NCBI GenBank assembly: GCA_964016885.1
Contig: OZ024765.1
Location: 9,362,001-9,426,000 of the forward strand
DNA length: 64,000 nucleotides
Source: Eledone cirrhosa
Lineage: Eukaryota
Direction of reading: 5' to 3'
In this document: positions 54,909-64,000 of the stretch, one piece after another
Layout: each line of letters opens with the position of its first letter
Position numbering within the stretch: position 1 is the stretch's first letter
The notes under the pieces: generated by a model
Seen by the model: only the letters and a program-made list of their open reading frames with translations
What the model was told of the DNA's origin: nothing
The model's database searches: none
Translations under genes and position numbers: made by a program

Positions 54909-55033
54909 ATTTCTTATTCTTTCTTCTGATGAAGGACTAGCATCCGAAACGTCTTCCTGTTATTTCAAGCATTAAACTAATATATTCCTTCCATATACTG
55001 TACTGGTTGTGTTGTTATTTCTATTTACCTTTT
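54909..55033 (+). mobile_element. Penelope-like end homologous to 38950-39085, with damaged hammerhead (54922-54953); other degenerate copies at 53257-53293 (+) and 53461-53496 (-)
   Basis: CTGATGAAGGACTAGCATCCGAAACGTC followed by the shared tail TTCAAGCATTAAACTAAT..GTGTTGTTATTTCT, then (TA)n. Confidence 0.7.
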
Positions 55034-55049
55034 ACATACATATATATAT

Positions 55050-55138
<89 letters not shown>

Positions 55139-55139
55139 C

Positions 55140-55212
<73 letters not shown>

Positions 55213-55254
55213 CATATATATACATATATATACATATATATACATATATATATA

Positions 55255-55285
<31 letters not shown>

Positions 55286-55521
55286 GTGTGTTGTTTTGTG
55301 TATGTATATATGTATATATATGAATATGCATATATATATATATATGTATTGATATATATATATATGTATATGCATATATATATATATGTATATATATATA
55401 GTACAAGAATAAACAGAAATGCACAGACATGTTTATGTGTGTGTATATATATATATTATATATGGTGGGGGTGTAGGTATATGCATACGTATGTCTGTGT
55501 ATGCAATTTATGTATGTTTGA

Positions 55522-55572
<51 letters not shown>

Positions 55573-55629
55573 TAAATGGCATACACAGACGTGTATGCAT
55601 TTATATACCTATATATATATGTGTGTATA

Positions 55630-56463
55630 ATATATATATAATATATATAATGCACATGTATCTATATGTGTGTGTATGTGTGTATAATATATATATATAT
55701 GTGTGTGTGTGAGTATGCACATGTATCTATGTGTGTGTGTGTATAATTTATATATATATGTGTGTGTATGCACATGTATCTATGTGTGTGTGTGCACATG
55801 TATCTATGTGTGTGTGTGTATGTGTGTGTCTATGCACATGTATCTATGTGTGTGTGTGTATAATTTATATATATATGTGTGTGTATGCACATGTATCTAT
55901 GTGTGTGTGTGTGTGCACATGTATCTATGTGTGTGTGTATGCACATGTATCTATGTGTGTGTGTGTATGTGTGTGTGTATGCACATGTATCTATGTGTGT
56001 GTGTGTATGTGTGTGTGTGTGTATGCACATGTATCTGTGTGTGTGTGTGTATAATTTATATATATATGTGTGTGTGTATGCACATGTATCTATGTGTGTG
56101 TGTGCACATGTATCTATGTGTTTGTGTGTATGTGTGTGTCTATGCACATGTATCTATGTGTGTGTGTGTATAATTTATATATATGTGTGTGTATGCACAT
56201 GTATCTATGTGTGTGTGTGTGCACATGTATCTATGTGTGTGTGTATGCACATATATCTATGTGTGTGTGTGTATGTGTGTGTGTATGCACATGTATCTAT
56301 GTGTGTGTGTGTATGTGTGTGTGTGTGCACATGTATCTGTGTGTGTGTGTGTATAATTTATATATATATGTGTGTGTGTATGCACATGTATCTATGTGTG
56401 TGTGTGCACATGTATCTATGTGTGTGTGTATGCACATGTATCTATGTGTGTGTGTGTGTGTAT

Positions 56464-56537
<74 letters not shown>

Positions 56538-56540
56538 GTA
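55630..56540. repeat. TGCACATGTATCTATGTGTG-based minisatellite and (TG)n
   Basis: Direct. Confidence 0.92.
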
Positions 56541-56722
56541 GGTGTTTCAAACAAGCCTCATTACACCCACCACATACCCCACCGAGCGTTTGTTACCCGT
56601 ACAGGTTTTTGAAGTGTCTGCTTCTCTATCTTACTAATTACTTCTCTTAAACAAACAATGCAAAACACAGCTGTATTACTGCACCCTCCCCCCACGGATG
56701 CGGGTAGGCTCCTTCTACTCAC

Positions 56723-56747
56723 CCTCCTCCTCCTTCTCCTTCTTCTT
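56723..56747 (-). other. Candidate 25-nt exon
   Basis: Minus strand: long polypyrimidine tract ..ctctctgtctag|AAGAAGAAGGAGAAGGAGGAGGAGG|gtgagt. Confidence 0.3.
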
Positions 56748-58109
56748 CTAGACAGAGAGGGGAGAAAGGGAGAGAGTGGGACGGGGGGGGCTGAATGAAG
56801 GAGGGAGGAGAGAGGGGGACAGAACGAGGAAGGGAGAGAGGGGGGCAGAACGAGGAAGGGAGAGAGGGGGACTGAACGAGGAAGGGAGAGAGGGGGACTG
56901 AACGAGGAAGAGAGAGAGGGACTGAACGAGAGAGATTGGGGAGAGGGAGAGGGAGGCAACAGAAAAGAGAGTAAACGGGAGAGAGAGAGGAAGAAAGTGA
57001 GAGAGAGGGGTTTACAAGAGAATGAGAGGGAGGAGAAGAGAAAGGAAGGGTGGAGGGGGGTGAGGAGTGAAGGACGCAACAGAAAAGAGAGGAAGAGAGT
57101 GCGGGAGAGAGAGATAGGGGTAGACAAGAGAACATACGAGAGAGAGAGGGGGAGAAGGAATCGTGAGGAAGAGAGAGAGAGAGGGTGAGAGAGAGAGGAT
57201 GATAGAGAGAGAGAGAGGGTGAGAGAGGGGATGGAAGTGGTGGTAGGACATATGAGTGGGTGAGTTAGAAGAGTGTGTATATGGGAGGATGGGGGGGGGT
57301 AACGTGGAGAGCTTCCTTACATAAGGACAAAGGCAACAACAACAGCTAGAAGAAGAAGTAAAGGAAGAAGAAGAAGAAGAATAAGAAGAAGAACAAGAAG
57401 AAGAAGAACCACAACAACAATAGCAGCAACAGCAAGAAGAAGAAGAAAACGAATCACAACAAAGACAACAGGGACAACAACAACAAAAAAACAATATGGC
57501 GTCTGTGGGAGAAATATTCTGTTTGCTAAAAAACAACAACAATATCAACAACAAAGAACCCAAATTAATATAAATAAATAGCCATCACTTCCACCCCTAC
57601 TCTACCCGACCACTGTTCCCTCTCCCCTGCCTCACCACACCCAAATAAAACAACCCCCCGTCCCCCTAAAACCAGATAAATGAAGAAAATAATAATAATA
57701 AATAAAATTAAAATGGCCGCCACAGTCGCCTAATGATTTGTATGTTCTGGTTAACGAGTGAAGCGGGATGATACCTTTAAAGGTCTTGAAAAAAATAAAA
57801 TAATAATATAAAATAAATAATAATAAAAAGCCCCACGTATTTATCAATGGGTAGGGGATCGGGTGGGTCGGCGTGGGGGCCGGGGAGGGATAAATAGGTC
57901 CGTTAGCTAAAGAGGGTGAGTGAGGCTGTGAGGCTAGGGTGGAAAGCGACACAGTAGAGGGGGTGGGAGATGAGAGAGCATGGGGGTCGGGTCGGGGTGG
58001 GGTCGGATTGGGGGGGGATTTAGAGAGAGGTGTGGCAAGATGAGAGAGAGAGAGAGACGGCGGTGAGGGTGGGACAAAGGAGAAGGAGGGGAACACATAC
58101 AAAAAAAAA

Positions 58110-58350
58110 AAAAATCTCGTATCGTGAGGGCGCGAAAAAAGCAAAAAGCAAAAAAATAAAAATAAAATGAACAAAATAAAACTATATAAAAAAAAATATA
58201 TAATGTTATTCCGGCCAGAGTGACCAATGACCAGTGCCCAGTGTGTACTATATAGCTTGACCGTGTCATCGCAGATCGATTGGTGGTAGTAGTGGTTTGA
58301 CCTGTTAGCGACAACAGTTCCAAAAGCGACACTAGTGACCACTTACTAAT
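58110..58350 (-). promoter_or_regulatory. Probable promoter region (two CCAAT boxes, CpG-richer unique DNA)
   Basis: TGACCAATGA at 58221, CGATTGG at 58277, GTTTGACC..TAGCGAC at 58295; YY1-like ATGGC motifs at ~57495 and ~57712. Direction is inferred. Confidence 0.4.
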
Positions 58351-58713
58351 AAATACCAACCAAAGCCACTACTGGACTAGACTGGCCTGGACTGACTGAC
58401 CAGCGGACATTGTTATATCCGTACGGCTGGCTGGTTGGCTGGCTGGATGGGTGATAGCAAAGCTGAGCTGGAGAGTGGAGAGAGAGTCCGTGTGTGTAGC
58501 TGTCAACCTATTTGTCTGGCTGGTCAGTCTATATGTGTGTGTATACGTGTATGTGTATGTATGTCTGTGAATTTTAATATATACACACATACATAAATAC
58601 ATACATACATACATACATACGTACATACTTAGAGACATACATACATAGATACATACATATATAGACTTACATTCAAATATATATACAAATACATACACAC
58701 ACAAAATTTATAA

Positions 58714-58771
<58 letters not shown>

Positions 58772-59017
58772 ATCATCATCATCATTGTTTAACGTTAGCA
58801 TGGGATTAGACGGGTATTGTCTCACGTGAGGCAAGATTGGTTGTTTCGCTCGTATGGGACTGTCTGGCAGGGTTTTCTACGGCTGGATGCCCTTCCTAAC
58901 ACCAACTTATATATATATATATATATGTTTATATATATATATATGTGTGTGTGTGTTTATATATATATTATATATATATATATAAACACACTTGACGACA
59001 CTTACACATGTTTGTAC

Positions 59018-59083
<66 letters not shown>

Positions 59084-59436
59084 GTACGTAAGTGTCGTCA
59101 AGTATACTGAAAAAGTTAAATAAAATAAAATAAAATGTGTTTGAGTGCAACGACTTCATTTATAGAATGTCCTTGTTGACATTCGGCCATTGGTCAAGAA
59201 GAAGAAGAAGAAGAAGAAGAAAAAGAAGAAGAAGAAGAAGAAGAAGAAGAAGAAGAAGAAGAAGAAGAAGAAGAAAGGAAACTGGTTGGAAGAAGACAAA
59301 GAGGAAAAATAACTAACAATACGGCAAAAGGTCAAAGAAGGACAAACATATACAAACACACACAGACATACAGACACACAAATATATAGACACACACATA
59401 CATACATACATACATACATACATACATACATACATA

Positions 59437-60045
59437 CATGGTGGCTGCCAACTCGTTTTCGAGTACGGCCACTGCTTTATATCCATGTAGGAGAACCCCT
59501 ACCGATGCGCTGAACGAATGTGACTTTTTAGTCCAGCCAGCGACTTGAAAACTCTGGTACAAAGACTACACTTGTGACCATTATTGACACATAGTGCATC
59601 ATATTGACCATGTGATGACAAGTGCAGAGAGATCTCCAGATATAAAGCAATGCCTGTGCTGTGAAGCTTTTATAGTGAGCAAAGGCACTGCACAAAGCCA
59701 GTCCCACTCTCTTAACCAAGATGATATTTACCAAAAAGAAGAACAAGTCAACATCATTGGATACCATCAGGGTTGCAGGTGTTATATCAGAGTTTTCCTT
59801 CTCCTAGAATTCTGCCTTGACAAAGGCTAAGGGGTCATCTCTCCCGGTGATTTTGGATGGCTATTGAGTCTTAAGAGCTCCCTTGCCCTTTGACAGGTTT
59901 TGTTCTTAGTCCTGCAGGATGTCCAAAGTCACCCTCCTCACCAAGAAACCTTGGTGGGGTTGCCAGTTTAGTCGCCAACGACCCGACCATGAGACAGGTT
60001 GTACTGGGATACATGTTACCAGTAGCACCAACTGGTGACCTGACA
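59437..60045 (-). mobile_element. Non-autonomous RTE-like element, copy 2
   Basis: Near-identical to 4879-5520; flanked by (TACA)n. Confidence 0.75.
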
Positions 60046-60155
60046 TAACATACATACATACATACATACATACATGATCCACATACAGACATGATCCAAG
60101 CATGCACGTGTGATACGTGTGTATGTGTTAATAGAAATTATATATATATATAAAC

Positions 60156-60186
<31 letters not shown>

Positions 60187-60232
60187 AACATATATATATA
60201 TATAAACATATATATATATATATATAATATAT

Positions 60233-60305
<73 letters not shown>

Positions 60306-60322
60306 AATATATATATATATAA

Positions 60323-60376
<54 letters not shown>

Positions 60377-60393
60377 AATATATATATATATAA

Positions 60394-60427
<34 letters not shown>

Positions 60428-60458
60428 AATATATATATATAAATATATATATATAAAT

Positions 60459-60514
<56 letters not shown>

Positions 60515-60807
60515 ATATAACAATAATCATCAAACGAACAAAAAATATAATAAAGAAATAAAGATTAATCAAGAAAATATGGTGGGGTGTGGGATAATTA
60601 ACAAACAACAATATCAACAACATCAACAACAACAACACCAGCAACAACAACAACAACACCAATAACAACAACAACAAATACAACACCAACAAAGACAATA
60701 ACAGCAACAAGAGGAAGACCAACAAAACAAGAACTAAAACAACACCAAAAAATCACACCAACAAAAACAACAAATATTACTACAACAACAACAACAACAA
60801 TAATAAA

Positions 60808-61202
60808 GGTTTCTAGTATAGGCACAAAGCCAGCAATTTTGGGGGAGGGGACAGTCGATTAACTCGTCCCCAGTGTATTGCTGGTACTTTATTATATCGA
60901 CCCCGTAAGGATGAAAGGCAAAGTTAAGCTCGGCGGGATTTGAACTCAGATTGTAAAGGGACGTAACTCTGTGCTGCAAAGCATGGCGTCCTACCCTCTA
61001 CCAATCCTCCCAATCCACCGTCCTAATAATAATAAATATAATAATTGTTTCTACTTTTGGAACAGAGCCAGCAATTATTCCAGTACATTACTGGTACTTT
61101 ATTTTATCGACCCCGTAAGGATGAAAATCAAAGTCAACCTCGGCGGGATTTGAACTCAGATCGTAAAGGGACGTAACTCTATGCTGGAAAGCATGGCGTC
61201 CG

Positions 61203-61244
<42 letters not shown>

Positions 61245-61308
61245 TTTCATTTATTAGCCACAAGGGCCGACATGTAGGGGACAATACAAAGACAGGGACA
61301 GTGCATGC

Positions 61309-61343
<35 letters not shown>

Positions 61344-61565
61344 AAATAATTGTTTCTACATTTGGCACAAGGCCAGCAATTTGAAGGGAAGGGGGAAGTC
61401 AATGAAACCAAACCAGTGCATTACTGGTACTTTGTGTTACTAACCATGTAAAGATGAAAAACAAAGCTGACCTCGGCCGGATTTGAACTCTGAACATAAA
61501 GGGACGTAACTAGATACCGCAAAATGTTTATGTCTGATGCTCTACCGGTTCTGCCAATCCACCAT
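60808..61565 (-). mobile_element. Three SINE family A copies plus a short LINE 3' end (61243-61305); another partial SINE at 63935-64000
   Basis: Reverse-complement core and B-box. Confidence 0.85.
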
Positions 61566-61594
61566 AATAATAGTGAGAAGTAGAACAACAGTAA

Positions 61595-61633
<39 letters not shown>

Positions 61634-61807
61634 AAACAACAACACCAACTATATCAACAACAACAACAACTATAACAACTATAACAACAACAACTATAAC
61701 AATTATAACAACAATAACATCTCTAACATCTGTAGTACGAAGTAAAACCAACACAAAGAACAAGTTGAACAACAACAACAACAAAAAGACCAACAACACC
61801 ACCATCC

Positions 61808-61838
<31 letters not shown>

Positions 61839-62439
61839 CGCCACCACAATAACAACAACAACACCATCACCACCAATAACAACAACTATACCACCACCAC
61901 AACACCACCACCACCACCATCACCAACAACATCAACATCAACAAAGACCAAGACCAACAACAAAAGACCTACACCACCACCGACGACGACGACGACGACG
62001 ACGACGACAACAACAACAACAACACCAACACCAACAATAAAGACCAACAACAACAAACGACCAACACCACTACCACACCACCACCACCAACAACAACAAC
62101 AACAACAACCACACCATCACCACAACAACAACAACACCCCCACCACCACCAACAACAACAAACAACAAAAGACCAAGACCAACAACAAAAGACCAACAAT
62201 AAGAAAAAGGAGGAGTAATAGAGAGAAGAAAGACGACGGCCATGACAGAAAAGAGAGTGACAGAGTTTGGTGACAGACAACTGGTCAGAACAACAAAAAT
62301 ATTGACCAATCAAAAAACAATCAAGAGACACAATGACAGATGGACATGTGCCAGCAATGATACTAAGATATATTATGTTATATATACATGTGACGGCGTG
62401 TATATACATGTGACGGTGTGTATATGCATGTGCCAGTGT

Positions 62440-62470
62440 GTATATATATATGTGTGTGTGTGAGTGTGTG

Positions 62471-62503
<33 letters not shown>

Positions 62504-62544
62504 ATATATATATATGTGTGAGTGTGTGTATATATATATATATA

Positions 62545-62599
<55 letters not shown>

Positions 62600-62600
62600 A

Positions 62601-62646
<46 letters not shown>

Positions 62647-62796
62647 AGTGTGTGTATATATATATATGTGTGTGTGTGAGTGTGTGTATATATATATGTG
62701 TGTGTGTGTGGTCGGTCGCCAAACCCTCAAGGTCGTGTATTGCCTATCATCTTTAACCAGTGTACCCGCATGTGGGTGTATATATGTGTATATATG

Positions 62797-62858
<62 letters not shown>

Positions 62859-62881
62859 ATATATGTATATATATATATATA

Positions 62882-62932
<51 letters not shown>

Positions 62933-62979
62933 ATATATGTATATATATATATGTGTGTGTGTATATATATATATATATA

Positions 62980-63013
<34 letters not shown>

Positions 63014-63014
63014 C

Positions 63015-63052
<38 letters not shown>

Positions 63053-63244
63053 ATATATGTATATATATATATATATGTGTGTATATATATATATGTGTGT
63101 ATATATATATATACATATATATATACATATATATATACATATATATATATATACATATATATACATATATATATATACATATATATACATATATATATAC
63201 ATATATATATATATACATATATATATACATATATATATACATAC

Positions 63245-63303
<59 letters not shown>

Positions 63304-63378
63304 TATATACATATATATATACATATATATATATACATATATATATACATATATATATACATATATATATATATACAT

Positions 63379-63427
<49 letters not shown>

Positions 63428-63489
63428 CATATATATGTATATATATGCGTGTGTTTGTACGTGTGCATATATACATAATATGTGTATAT

Positions 63490-63553
<64 letters not shown>

Positions 63554-63560
63554 CACACAC
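62440..63560. repeat. (TA)n/(TG)n compound microsatellite (similar tracts at 21370-21775, 55035-55400, 60135-60520)
   Basis: Direct. Confidence 0.97.
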
Positions 63561-63903
63561 ACAGTGCAAAGTGATAATTAAAGAAAAGGAGAAAGGCTGG
63601 GGTGTGAGTTGGGTGCAATTCCGGTTAACGATGGACAGAGGAAATGTGTTTTAGCTGATAGTGTCGGGGGAGGGGGGGTTTCGCTGTTATTTGGTTCAAG
63701 GTCAAGCAGATTTATGTTCGAAGACATTCCAGCCGACACCGCCCCGTTTTTTTAGTGGGTATCTTCGATAAAAAAAAAAGACCCTTAAAGATCAACTGAC
63801 CCCCTAGAAGCTTCCTCGATATATTGCTTTTGTTGTCGTTGTTGGTGGAGGTAACGTGATAGGGGCTACAGATACACATAAACACCGTGTAGGCTCCACC
63901 AAT

Positions 63904-63937
<34 letters not shown>

Positions 63938-64000
63938 GTTTCTACTTTAGGCACAAGGCCAGCAATTACCAGTGCATTACTGGTACTTTATTTTATCGAC

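Noticed and set aside
57012-57563. Cys-rich ORF with a signal-peptide-like start
   Set aside because: TTG start; Cys and Ser runs derive from (TTG)/(TTC) repeats

Overview
Eukaryotic, very repeat-rich DNA. The SINE families and microsatellite load suggest an octopod cephalopod (inference from recalled repeat families, not a search). No intact host protein-coding gene is visible, and nearly all listed ORFs are simple-repeat artefacts. Supported content: (i) 3' fragments of non-LTR retrotransposons (R4/Dong-like with Zn-knuckle and REL endonuclease, Tx1-like, RTE-like, CRE-like) and about 15 tRNA-derived SINE copies; (ii) a SINE-truncated tRNA-Leu(UAA); (iii) several hammerhead-ribozyme motifs in Penelope-like ends inserted in (TA)n, two of them inside 330-350 bp palindromes; (iv) a ~450-bp unique cassette in 7 copies in both orientations (10-26 kb), carrying CCAAT, YY1-like and hairpin+T5 features and usually a CTCF-like site downstream; (v) a 34-52 kb macro-repeat whose internal pieces expanded into minisatellites of 81, 20, 112, 130 and 40 bp; (vi) a probable promoter at ~58.2 kb and candidate micro-exons of a minus-strand gene. 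The best candidates for something new are the multi-copy promoter-like cassette array and the ribozyme palindromes.
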